Source: Octopus bimaculoides (Eukaryota). Taken from it: 63,587 nt of DNA. Positions within the stretch are counted from its first letter, which is position 1, and each line of letters begins with the position of its first letter. The position numbers and the translations under genes were made by a program. The notes below the pieces were generated by a model. That model was not told where the DNA came from, did not search any database, and was given only the letters and a program-made list of their open reading frames with translations. The stretch spans positions 13,185,684 through 13,249,270 of the forward strand of contig NC_068988.1 of NCBI RefSeq assembly GCF_001194135.2. The letters are read 5' to 3'. Positions 12,481 through 25,179 of this stretch are shown piece by piece.

Positions 12481-14899
12481 TATATATATATATGAGTATC
12501 ACTGTCATACAATTAGTGTCCTTCGTTTCCTGTCTTCTATGAAAACCTGTAGGCCATGTAAAAATATTACCTTGATTGGAAACAGATGAAGGTTGGCACC
12601 TAGCCATAGAAAAGCCTTCCCCAGTGAATCTCATCTGACCAAATGAAGCATTGGAAAGTAGACATTAAAATGATGTTGATAATGATGATAATATCTATTG
12701 AAAGCTAAACCACAAATCAAAATCACCTCTCTAAAACACTCACATAGAGCACTTATAAATCTAAAATTGAAATCAAGAAGTTATATGTATTGGTCCCTCA
12801 GAAAATTTCCTAATTACTTGTCTGGTATTTCTATTTCAGACCTTAACATTGCAAAAGTTTTCTCTAATAGATTTTAACTGCATAGAGAATGTTTTAGATA
12901 TTGTTTTGTAAACGTTCTTAGCTTCGACTCAGATATTATTTCGTTGAAATCTCTCAAACAATCTTATCAAAAGAATAAACTTCAAACAGCAGAACCACTG
13001 ATCTATTTTTACCTGTTAATTGGAAACTATTACTCGAGAGCTGGATCAATAATGTATATTTTCAAACTGTCCCAACTCTGTTGCTTAGCTCTTGTAGTTT
13101 GTTGCTAAACACATCTCAATATAAGAAGAAAGTGGGGGAAAAAGGAAAGAGTCCAGTTGTTAAGTAACAATAGCAGATACAGTAGAAATGATTAGCATAT
13201 CCAGATGCATTTGTATGTTATTTCTATATTTAGAAACTGCATGAATACAAAATCTTTTGATTTGTGTAAGTGTGTTTTTTATAAGTACAAAGGCACATGT
13301 ATACACATGTACATTCTCTCAATCTCTTTTTCTCTTTTCTATATCCACAATGTATAATGATAAATGCAGCACAGTTTCATTTCTAACATTGAGAGAAAGC
13401 ATTGATTTTGTTTTCTTTCTTTGAAAGATCTACTGTTTGTCTATTCCTCTCATATGTAAGTTAATGCTGTTATGAGTTTATTCATAATTTTCACTAATTT
13501 ATTTAATTCTTGTTACTTCACTATCCTTCCTGCAATAGAAAAGTTAAAGATTTGTCTTTTATTCCTTCAATGAACAATTAAGAAATCTAATAATTTACAG
13601 AACCATGATTTTGAAGTAAAGAATTTTATTTTAATGTAGTGTGGTTTTATTCACTGATTTTTATGCATTGCCTAGAAAGTTATGTTTTCCCATTGTATAC
13701 TCTGGATTATCTTTTAGATTTGTTAAATTATTTAACAAGGAGTTTCTTAGACTAATATTGATAATATAATAGTTAAATATTTTTCATTTCCCCTCTCTAA
13801 TTAAAAAAATATAGAAGTTAGAGTTAGTGATTTATATCATATTTTTTAGCTACATTAAATTACTTTTTCAGCTTAGTTCATGACTTGGTTTGGGTTCCCA
13901 GCCAAAGACCTCATTTAAGTTATATTAGAAAATATTGGTGTTGCCTTGGTGAAGGTTTGCGCTCTCTGAGTGCTCTTATTGTTGTTGTTGTTGTTGTTAT
14001 TTTTATTATCATATGCTTATTTTGAGCTATATGATAGTAATATAATGTCACAGTTAAAGAGAAAACTTAACTGAAATGACAAGATTCAAATCCATAACCT
14101 TAATATCAGTAAAAGATTTAAAGTAAACCTCTACATCTTAGATGAAAGGTTTTTTACTAAATCTAGTATGATTTTCTAAATCTGCTGATCTAGAAAAAAT
14201 GATGATGATATACTTTACTGAATATTTAATTGAACAGAGACATAAGAAGTTTGGCTATAACTAATATAGTTAGGCTATAGTTAAAATTAATAAAGGATAG
14301 TATTATCTAAATTCAGTAAGTTTGTAAGTTGTGTATATGTAAGCATGTTATGTGTAACTATGAAATATATTTTTAGGCTAAATTTCTAAGTTAAATAGAG
14401 TATTTCATTTTTACACTATTTAACTTAGTCATTGGTTTTGCCGTAGTTAGTGTCTTGTGCTCTTTTGTTTTGATGTAGATACATTTTAGATATCTGTCTA
14501 CTTTAAATAATGATACAGACTTGGTAAGAAACCTGACATGATAATTTCACTGGAAGAGGATTTGGAGACTAGGCCAATGGTTAGATTCAATTAAATTGGA
14601 ACTGCCACTTGTTGTTCTTATGCTAAATTTTGTTTGATAGCTTTGCTTATATTAACATATTCTGAATAGAATAATTTATGATAATATATGTACGATGTGG
14701 AGCCTTCTATAATTTCAATCAATTTTCTTGGAAAACCTTTGCCCACTGCCTCATCTTATACAGTATTCTATCAAATGTTTACATTTCATGAACAAAGCAT
14801 GAGGCAGTTTACACCAGAACTGATGATAGATCAAAGTAAGGATCAAAATTTTAACTCACTGATTTGTTAATTCTTTTTGTCATCATCATCATCTTTGTC

Positions 14900-15110
14900 A
14901 ACATCATTATCATTATTTACATTCGATGGATATTTGTCCTCATCTTGTTTGTTGTTAACACAACGTTTCAGCTGATATACCCCTCCAGCCTTCTTCAGGT
15001 ATCTTGGGGAAATTTCGAACCTGGGTTCTCATTCCTAAGATATTTTTCAATGTTATTATTATTATTATTATTGTTAGTGTTCAGGTCACTGCTTGGAATC
15101 GAACTCGGAA
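14900..15110 (-). mobile_element. SINE-like element (family E) with a Pol III B-box, an (AAT)n spacer and a Penelope-like 3' tail
   Basis: Minus strand reads GAGTTCGATTCC (B-box), then (AAT)n, then CTGAAGAAGGCTG...CAGCTGAAACGTT. No A-box is present in this copy. Confidence 0.65.
14957..15003 (-). ncRNA. Minimal type I hammerhead ribozyme-like motif (Penelope-type variant)
   Basis: GAUAC-CUGAAGA-A-GGCUG(loop)CAGCU-GAAAC-GUU-GUGUU. Core boxes are present, stem II has 5 bp, stem I has 5 bp including G-U pairs, and a palindromic AACGUU replaces stem III. Confidence 0.55.
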
Positions 15111-15279
15111 ACCCCAAGATTCCGAGTTTGATTTCAAGCAGTGACCTGAACACTAACAATAATAAAAATAATACCTTAAATAAATATATTCTATGCATCT
15201 TCTTTTTGCCTTAATTTCAAATTCAAACTTCTAGTCCCACCAAATATTATGAAGAAATGATTATCTCCCTTGTACTAAC

Positions 15280-15459
15280 CATCTGCTAGAGAACTCTACA
15301 TGTTGGTGTTTCTGACTGAAGTCAAAAATTGTTGATAGTAATCTTATAGATGAATCATGGACATTATTTTCTATGGCAGTATATACACAGGAATAATGTT
15401 CTAAGACATTCCAAAAATGTTTAGTAGCAGGTATGTATGACACTGACAGCTCTATGTGA
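15280..15459 (-). CDS. Candidate internal coding exon (HIELSVSYIPATKHFWNVLEHYSCVYTAIENNVHDSSIRLLSTIFDFSQKHQHVEFSSR)
   Basis: Acceptor GGATATTTCAG and donor ATG|GTTAGT. 180 nt, phase 2 to 2, fully open, protein-like composition. Phase matches the exon at 20780-20793. Product not recognised. Confidence 0.6.
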
Positions 15460-18400
15460 CTGAAATATCCAGTATTTGCCAAAATAAATTTAAATAATAT
15501 CAATCCTTGACTAATAATATATATTTTCTCATCAAATAACTATTTCCAATTAGATTTTTACTGCTCACTGTATTAAATATGATAACACTGACCTGACTAT
15601 TTTTTAATGCCGAGGAGATCTTGTATGACTTAACCATGTCCAGAGTTGTCTCCCATACTTGTCAGTGTAATTAGAATAACGTTAGCCTCATTGATTAATA
15701 GTGTCTTTTCATCTTCATGTAATTAAATCTTAACTTTTTAATCCTTTCTACAATTAAATATGTTAACACATCTTTGAAATACATTAAATTAAATTCCTAT
15801 CAAGAAACAATTGTCTACAAAAGATTCAAACTTAGATATTGATTAGTTGTTCGATACCCTATTCACTTGGCCATTTTGTCTCTGAGCTTTCCTGTTCAAT
15901 AGTTTCTTTTATTTCCTAATACTCATCATATAACCAAAAGCAAATGAAAATTTAAATTATAATTTGGAACCTATTTTTTTAACATTAATACTTTTTTACT
16001 TTTTGTTTTACAGTTTTAATAATTTGATTTTATTTTTACTTAGTTTCATTTTTTACTTAATGTCATTTTCCAGCTGATTTAATGTAGAATTTTAAATTGT
16101 TTTTATTTTATTTTTCAAACTTGAAGCTAAATATGGCAATCTTAATATGTGTGGATTTTCTAAAGTAGAATCAAGTGAAGAGGGAAAAAAATTTATATAT
16201 GTGCAAGCATTTACTGTTTGCAGCCATTTACAGATAGTAAATTCACTGCTTTAGGTATCAAAGTAAATTTCACATTTTTATTTTCTTCAGAAGGATTTTC
16301 TATACACTGTATATTGATAGTGTTAGCAACTCAGGCATATACACAGAATTTCTGAAAATAATGTTAAAGCCAGTCAGTAGAATCATCTAACTGAAATAGA
16401 ATATAAAAAGAATACAATGAAGGGGAAAAAATTAAATGTTTAATCGCTTTCTAAATTTACACAGAACCTATTGAAAATAATTTTCTTCTATTAATTTAAA
16501 ATTAACTTTACCCCTCCATTTATAAAATTTAATTTTTTGCCTTTAAAACGATCCTATTGATGAATAAAAATGTGTGTTAAATATTGTTTTGTGTATTCAA
16601 ATGGTGTGGAGGTTTTGAAATAGTGACTGGCATAGCTACAAATCCTTAGTTGGGCTACTGCAGTATACACTCTGCTATGCAACACTGCTGGAAATATATT
16701 GATTGACTCTGCAGTGTCTATTTTTGGTGATGTGCCAGAAACTCATTCATTAAGTATGTTTTTCCTGGTTGTAGATGACTTAACAACAGAGTGGTAGGAG
16801 GAGGAGGAGAACGAGTATGGAAAGAATAATTTTATCATGTGTAGTTCTCGATGCAATATTTTTAGTTAATTCATTAGAATCCAGCAGTAAGCTGTTTGGA
16901 GCAAAACAATTGTAGCTTTGATACAATTATAGTAATATTTTTAAATTTTCAATTAGACAAAAGGGATTTGAAATATCATTAGAAAAATGAATTACATACG
17001 TATGGTGGTACATATTAAGTGCTTTGATTAAGAAGCAGTCCTGTATGCAATCATTTAAAAGCTTAGATATTTTTTTTTTACATCATTGCAGTATCATCAG
17101 TATCAACATCATTCTCATCACAATCATCATAAAATAAAAATATAAATAAAGGAATAATAATGATTATTATTTAAAAACAAAAGATGAAAACCAGATTGAT
17201 TTATAAATGATATGCTAATTTTTGTTGCTGAGGAAAAAAGATTTTGTACTTGTTATATTTCTGTGTCAATACTATCTACAACCCTACAAACTACATGGAT
17301 CTACAGATTTATCATTATTTTGCCATTAATGTTAGCTATTCTGAATTTCATTCAGGAACAGTATTGACACGGAATCGAGACAATTAATCAATGTTGCGCA
17401 TAGTAATAAGATTTGATTGATTCTATCTAGCACTAATAATATCATTAACCCAGGGATTTTTGACAATGCCTCTGTTAAAATGCAGTCATCTAATTAAGAC
17501 TGCTAACTTGTTACTTATTATAGGATACCAATGACAATGCTAAGAAGATTTCCTTTTAATGTTTTTGTCACTTCCTTAACCCACTCCATCTCACTACAAA
17601 GTACTCTGCTAGCTATGCATAATGACTGTATACCAAAATGAAATATCTACTATCAATTGTATGTACAGATTTATCCGGTTTCATGTTAACACTGAACATT
17701 AGGGTTATGTGAGATGTGAGTGCTCTCTGCCTGCGACTAAGTAATTTTATTTCAGCTTTCAGAATAAGACTAATTAATGTAAATAAAGTTGCTGTGAAAA
17801 GCAAACTCAGAGGACTAGAAATAATAGAACAGTCTATTAATATATTTCATCTGCAATATGATAGACTGTGTGCCTAAATTAGAAAATCTAGAGAACTGTC
17901 TATCTGTCTGTCTATCTCTTTATATGTCTGTCTGTCTCTCTCTCTCTCTCTTTGACTCCCTGTCTCTGTCTGTCTTATGTAGGTGTGTTTACTTACATTT
18001 ATGTCCTGTAACTTAGCAGTTTGACAAACAGAGATGAATACCAGGCTAAAAATAATAAGATTGATCAAACACTAAAAACTGGTGCTCCAGCATGGCTACA
18101 GTCCACTGACCCAGAAAAATTCCAAAACAATGATAATAAAAAAATAGAAAAAAACTTTTCTAGTGAATAAGAAACCCTTTCTCTCCTTGGATACAAGGTA
18201 CATTTTATACAGTATTGCTAAATATGGAAGAGGGAATTAAATGTACAGTTAAGGCAAGGCTTGCAGTGACCGGAGTCGAATTCATCCTACACAAGCATAT
18301 CCTGTTTTATGGAAATATTACGTTTCTGAACATTTTGCAATAATATAGAATTCCATGAATGCAAAAACCTATTTTGTTATTGATTTTCATGTTAAATGGA

Positions 18401-20329
18401 AGTCAGTGGGAAATGTGTTTCCCTTTCTGGAATTCCATGTTACAGCAAAATTTTCAGAAATGCAATACTTCACTAACATAGGCAAGGCCTGTATTTTAAT
18501 TTGAGTTTAAAAGATAGCTTGGACATTTTTGAGCTGAAGTAGTGTTTCTGTTTCAAACATAGTTTTCGATATATGAAATAGGTCCGAGTTGAATAGTCTT
18601 CATTTGGAAAAACTTGTTAGTTGAAATAATGTCATCAAGGACAAAAGTAAGCTGTAGATGACTTCAAATCAGACCTGATCCCAAGATATTAGGACAGTAA
18701 CTAAGATTCATAGGCTTATAATGATTTGGGTTGGTATGAATTAGATTGAAATTAAAAGCAAATGACATCTATGCTGAAGTGCATAAGACTATAGTACAAA
18801 AGATGCCAGAGAATCAAAGCCACTGGATGGGCAATTATTTGGTAGAATTGTATAGTGAGTGTTAACATGGGGAAAATACAAATTTTAAGAATCTGTTTAA
18901 TCTTAATACAACCCTTGTTTTTGAAGTTCATATGATGATCGATGAAGCTGTCTTTATTATTAAATCAGAAACCCATGATATGACTCCATTTCCATCAGAT
19001 ATCATTGATATCTGGAATTGTTGGAGCATATAATCTACAGCTGATCATCTCAACATCAGCCACTCAACTATTAAATGAGAATGGTACATATTTTCAGATT
19101 AGCTGACTGAGGCAAGGAAAGAAATAGCTCAATATACCAATGAAAATATTTGAACTCTAAACCCCTAGACTCTTAATCCATGTGTCTATCTGTTTAAATC
19201 TCCATCACTCTTTTAATCCTTCTCTTGAATCATTAAAAAAAAACCCGAAGCAAATTATTAGTTTCAGTTATTCTTTTCTTCACATATTTTTGCTTCTCCC
19301 CCATACATTCACTATATTTCCTCATCATATGAATAGAAGGCATTTCTATTCACAATTTTCGTATCAAGTAGTTTTCTTTTATGTAAAATAGAACTAGAGA
19401 AACCTATATAATATAAATAATTTTTCTTTCTATCCTTTGTGGGTGTGTGCTGACATATGTATATCATTCTTTTATATTAATCATAAGCAAGAATTTAGAA
19501 AAACATGTTATGAGACATGACAAATTTAGTCATTTATATCCATGGGATGTATTTATGTCATTTTAATACACATTGCCCTTCAGTTTTAACCTGCAGATAA
19601 CCCAGATTGTGTGGATCTCATGTCACCCTTGTGTGCTATGCACCATCCCATCATAAAGCTAATCTCTCTCCCTCTCTATTTCCTCTTTCTGTCTGTCGCT
19701 TTCTCCCCCTCTCTAGATCTCCTTTTATCTCTTTCTCTCTCCATCTTTTCCTCTGACATGCACACCCACCTTGGTTTTAAATTGATCATTTAGTCTCAAC
19801 AATTCACTTGAAAATTGATGAGATCTTAATTTTTCTCGAAAATTATTAATCTATAAAGTTACCACATAGACTAATTGAGATATTTAAAATTCTGTATCAA
19901 ATTAATCTCCCAAATTAAGCTTGTATAATCTGTTGAGGAAAACAAGAGATTATATTAATTAAAGTGTAGACCACATCTCAAAAAGAAAATCACATCCAGT
20001 AGTATTTATTTTACAATTGGTTAACTGTGTAAAATAATATTAGTGTTAGTATCTTCAAACGATCAAGCAACATTTGTTTGCTTAGTAACTATTAGCAAAG
20101 CTAAAACCCACTTTTAAAATGTCTAACAAAACAAGAAAAATCAATAGAATTCTCTTGGAGCCTCTTTATAACAGATTCTAAATTCTGGGGCCTTTGCAGC
20201 TCATCAGTTATTCCCTAACAATTCTCTGTATTTTACATCTCTCCTATTATATAGCTATCTGTATATACACCTATATCGTCATATAGCTAGCAGCATACTT
20301 CAACTATTTTATCACTGCTCCTTTCTCCT

Positions 20330-21700
20330 TTGAGCATACACTCCCACGTTTGCAAATTATCAATAGCAGAATCCTACATTCAAATTGTAACGTCACACCC
20401 GGCCAACTCTCTTGACCATAATTCCCATGACAGACGTGATTTTTTTTCTTCTTCTTTATACTTCTACATTCAAAATAGCTGTTTACTCCTTAGACCCCTC
20501 CCAGCCGCGCGCGCGCGCGCGTGTATGTACACACTTATTTTATTTTCTCTATCATATAGGTCATTTCATAGTTTATCGATACCAATATTTTTCACCCTGC
20601 TGTTATGTTTTCTATAAAACTATCAACACAATTATTGATGTTAACGACGCATTAAGAATTACCATTGCGACGCGCCACCTGTTGATGTTAACATATTAAA
20701 TACTAGAGTCGAAGCAGATTACTTAAACGATTAATATATTCTAAATCACTATACATATTTTCGGTTTCTTTTGACTTACGATATTGTAGACATACATTTT
20801 ATCACCTTACACCTACACAGGGTGAAATGCGAAGTTGAGTTGAGGCTACGCTTCTGTTCAGAAACGTACGTCGACCCTGTAAAGCCCCTTATCCCGTTGG
20901 TTACCGGAAGCACAAAACCTCCATCGAAATATACATTACTTATATTAGAAATTGCTCTGATAACATTTATGCTGCTCTCGAGTAGCAACCCTAAAAATAT
21001 TGCTAATTACTTGTCGTGTTTTAAAACAATAGTTTAACAAGTATTTTTGACAGCTAAATTTTAGTAAAGCCAAAAAAACCGATGATGTATTTTTAGACTT
21101 TATCAGGAAATCTGATTGTGATTTTTGTTGTTGCTTCGCCTCAGGTCAGCCTTGATAGAACAGATCTCTAATCAGTCATTCCAGCCGTGACCTTCTCACC
21201 CTGCGTTACATTGTCTGATATTTTCCTCTTTCTTTTCTAACTAAGACGGTGGAAAGTAATTTAAACGAGATTAGGTTACTGTTTCTCTTAAAATCGAACA
21301 ATTGTATAGAGATTCCCTTGGTAGTTGGTTTTGATTGTTAAATCGAGTGAATTCAGTAACAGTTACAAGTGTCGAAAACTTCGTTGTTTTTTTTTTTTTA
21401 GCCTTTTTTTTCCGTTCAAGTAAAATTAAATAATCAATTCCCCCTCGTGAAGAATTCTAATTTCATTGAATATATCAGATTCTTTTTCTTTTCCTGTACG
21501 TTATCGAAGGCAAATTTAGCTGAAATAAAAAAATCAATTTTTTTCTTCTCGATCATGTGCTATTCAGGGGAGGTAACTCTTGCCATTCCGTATTTCTCAT
21601 CAATTGACGCATTAATTTTTTAAAAACAGAGAAGAAAATTTACTCTTATGTATTTGTTTTGCAAGATTCTTGATGTGGAATCGTGTGTTGGAACAGGTAT
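20330..21700. promoter_or_regulatory. CpG-retaining promoter-like region with an ETS-type motif
   Basis: CpG density is visibly far above the rest of the window. ACCGGAAG lies at 20903-20910 and (CG)8 at 20506-20521. A consensus donor GTAAGT is on the minus strand at 20774-20779. Confidence 0.6.
20780..20793 (-). CDS. Candidate first coding exon (MSTI-S) of the minus-strand gene
   Basis: ATG TCT ACA ATA TC|GTAAGT inside the CpG-rich zone. Phase 2 joins exon 15280-15459 in frame. An out-of-frame ATG 4 nt upstream makes the start ambiguous. Confidence 0.45.
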
Positions 21701-21797
21701 TGTTATATGTGGGGATTGTCAACTTTTTCCAAATACACAAACGCACTATTTATTTAATCTTCATTTTAGCTTATATTATTATAATTAGTAGTAAGAC

Positions 21798-22127
21798 CAG
21801 TGGTTCTCATCTGGGGTCCATATGGCCCCTGAGGGTCTATATAATATTTTAAGGGGTCCACCTAACAAAATAGTAAATTAGGGATCCACAATAGTATTTT
21901 AAGGTCCCCTGAAAAAATTTTGTTTTAGATGTATGTATTGCAAGGTTTCTTTCTCTGACATTTTACATAGTTCAACCACAAGTTAATGTAAGGAGAATGA
22001 AATAGGAATTTAGAAAGAAGTTTCTATAAAACTAGTTTTTAAACATTGAATGGCTATAGGGACACCAGAATAAAATAGTAACCAAATGGGTCCATAGATA
22101 AAAAAAAAAAATGGTTGAGAATCCCTA
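21798..22127. mobile_element. Non-autonomous hAT (Charlie-like) MITE
   Basis: Termini CAGTGGTTCTCA and GGTTGAGAATCCCTA. Flanking 8-mers AGTAAGAC and AGTTAGAT match at 6/8, as expected for a decayed hAT TSD. Confidence 0.7.
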
Positions 22128-22139
22128 AGTTAGATCATC

Positions 22140-22830
22140 ATAGAGAATGGGATCTGTACAGGAGTAAATCTTAGAATAGCTTAGAAAGAATTAAAAGGAG
22201 GTAGATAAGGCCAGCTCATAGTATGACAATCGAAAATACCAGAGTGTCACATTCACCAATACTACCCCTGGCATATCAGTTTAGGAAAACTTTAGATGAG
22301 ATTAATCTACAGATTAAAGTCGTAGAAAGGCCAAGGTTCCCATAAAATCCCTGATCTGTAGAACATACACATTTGAAAGAAACCCCTCTACTAATAGAAA
22401 CTGTATAGTGTGCCAAGTAAACCCACAGATAAACTGGAAAACTAGGAATGTAGCCTATAGTATAAGGTGTATAGAAGGATGTTGCTGAAACAGGACAATG
22501 ACATGCATTGAAGAGACACCATGTAGCATAGGTGTGTGGATAAGTGAACACTGGCAGGAACTCCAAGGAAGCGAAAAGATCATCAGTGCTCTACCAACAT
22601 GCTCAATTAGAACATGGAAGCTCAGTTGATAACATAGATGTTAGGATCTTATCTACATATAGAACAGACACACTCAGATCATGGAGGCCACATGCATAAT
22701 ATAAGATAGACCAAGACTCAGTAGCAAATGTGAATGGAGTAATAACACTCCTCTCTCCACACTAGGCAATCTGATGATGAAAGACTGAAAGTGGGGGAAA
22801 AATCAATGAATAAAAGACACCAGTACAAAC
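22140..22830 (+). mobile_element. Penelope-like retroelement remnant (GIY-YIG endonuclease and LTR-like tail)
   Basis: Translation RNVAYSIRCIEGCC*...TCIEETPCSIGVWISEH...ISAL resembles the VY.I.C...YIGET.R.L..RI.EH...SAL pattern. CTGATGA...GAAA lies at 22771-22790. Confidence 0.6.
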
Positions 22831-24357
22831 TGTAATATACAAATCCAGATACACACACAAGACACACATGTACTAGAGACAGAATGAGAAAAAATAAATA
22901 AAGAAAAGACACAGGTATAAACAGTGTAATATACAAACCCATATACATGCACACAACACACCCATATTAAACACAAACACACACACACACAAATACAGAC
23001 CTACATGCATGTGCAGATAGGGATACATGCCACAGAAAAGCAAAATGGTATAGGCAGGATGAGAGAAGATACACAGGATAGAAAATCACTGAAGAGGTCA
23101 CAGAATATGTGATGAAAAACTCTGACAAATAAACTAATAATAATAATTATAAAACTAAAGTGAAGATCAAATAAATAGTGCATATGTTTAATTGGCAAAA
23201 GATGACCATCTCCAAATATAACAATAAACTTTCTCTGATCTATAAGATGGGGAAAATGTGATGTTGTGAAGTTCAGGCAGTATAAATGATAGGAAATTGC
23301 TTCAATCTGAAATCAAAGACAAGTCACCAGTTCATGTAGGGATTTCATACATTAGTAGAAATGTAGATGTTTGAGTCAATTTTGAAGGGTTAAAGGTTAA
23401 AGTCCACCTGAGCAGAATTTGAGCTCAAATTAGACTAAATACTTTAAAGAATTTATTCTGTTGTTTCTACCCTCCATGGCCTACATTAATGAATTAATAT
23501 TGATCACCAGATAAAGTAGTTTTGGACAGAAATGGTAGAGTGATTGACTGAATGCCTTTTTGTTTTGTGGTCTTAGTTCACTGGTCATAAGAGTAAGGTC
23601 TCCCACCAACAGAATGACATAGTCTTTCATATTGGAATAAGGTATATTTCTCTGCTTGTGTCTTTCAGTACATCAAGAAATAATCCCACCTTAATTTAGT
23701 GTAGTTAGGGAAGGAAGATACACATTATCAGTAATTAATAGATACTCTCTATATTTTCAGTGGCATGCACTTACATATTAAACAAAATGTTTTATTGATA
23801 TCACTGAAACAAATAGGCAACATTGCAAGGTGGACAGATTGCAAGTGGAGAAGGGAAAAAGAGTAAAAGGAAAACTGGGACTCACATAAGCTCAGAAAGA
23901 GATGGATGATGAAAAATAAGTAGACTGTCATCGGTTATATCATATCAGTTGTTAAATAATGTACTTAAGGAGTAGAAATTCACATTAACTATTCAGTATT
24001 TTCTTGTTATTTAATAAATATTTTGTTATTCAGAACATATAAGCTAATAAAGTATCAGTAGTTTTATTGATTTTTTCTGTTTTTTTTGTTAACTTGCAAT
24101 TAGCAATAGGATCCGTTCAAAACTTAATTAAAATACAGCTTTTACCAAGTATACTAGAGGATATATTTTATGATTATAAAGTAATTAAAGTAGTTTTGAA
24201 CTATACAGTATAGTAGATCTCATGTTTCTAACTACTGAGTAAAAATGTACTTTTAACACAGTACCAGAAAGGTACAATTTCTAATTAGCTATGATCATTA
24301 ACCATTGACAAGAATTTTACAAATATTGACTCTGTGTTGTTAGGTTCCTTTAAGCAA

Positions 24358-24515
24358 AATTCTTTTCTACTCTAGGCACAACGCCCAAAATTTTGGAGGA
24401 GGGGGCCAGTCAATTAGATTGACCCTCAGTATGCAACTGGAACTTAATTTATTGACCCCCAAAAGGATGAAAGGCAAAGTTGACTTCAGCGGAATTTGAA
24501 CTCAGAATGTAAAGA
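24358..24515 (-). mobile_element. SINE family B
   Basis: GGATGAAAGGCAAAGTTGAC and GGAATTTGAACTCAGAA, matching the other copies. Confidence 0.75.
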
Positions 24516-25179
24516 CATTTTAAGCAAAATTCTGACTTTTTACAGAATCATCCAGTTAGTGAGAATACTGAAATATTTTCTAAATTAGAGCAGAAGTACA
24601 AAGGAAGCCAAAATGTTTTGGAGTTTTGAGGTCATAATCTAAAAGAAATGTTTGGTTGGATTATATTCATCTCTGCAAATTATGGCAATAATTTCCAATA
24701 TTTCTGTGACTCTATCACCCTATGGGTTATACTCCTAACTGCTATCTACAATACTCTAGACTCTCACAGCACCTCGGTTGGAAACCACTACTTTGTAGAA
24801 AGAATTAGTGAAATTTTCCAGGAAATTCAAAAACTTTGTGTTTGTGTGTGGAGGCCGGACAGCATTCATAAACTTTTGAAATGCTTTATGATTGGTGATG
24901 TTGTTGGAGGACTTAAGGCAAAAAGGGAATTACATAAAAATTCAGTCTTGACAAAGAACTGCTCATGGTCTTGTCTCATTGATTTATGATATATAATGAA
25001 TGATAGATTAACAGCCAGTCCCTCAAATAGTAGAGACAGATTTAGTAAACATATATAAAAATTATACAGATGTTTTCTCATAAGTTGTATTAGTTTAATT
25101 TTTTTAATTATTATCTGTAGCTTGAAATCTTTATCTTTACATGTGTAAATATGTATTAATATCTATCTCATACTTTTTG

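Noticed and set aside
15280-15459. Naming the minus-strand gene (faint resemblance, from memory, to TRMT44 or INTS15 N-termini)
   Set aside because: The similarities are a few scattered residues, and diagnostic motifs such as the PxVxNxR-like segment I recall from Trm44 are missing. No symbol assigned.
24648-24989. 113-aa plus-strand ORF
   Set aside because: It spans a hAT-like MITE end (CGGTTGGAAACCACT) and low-complexity sequence, with no recognisable domain.
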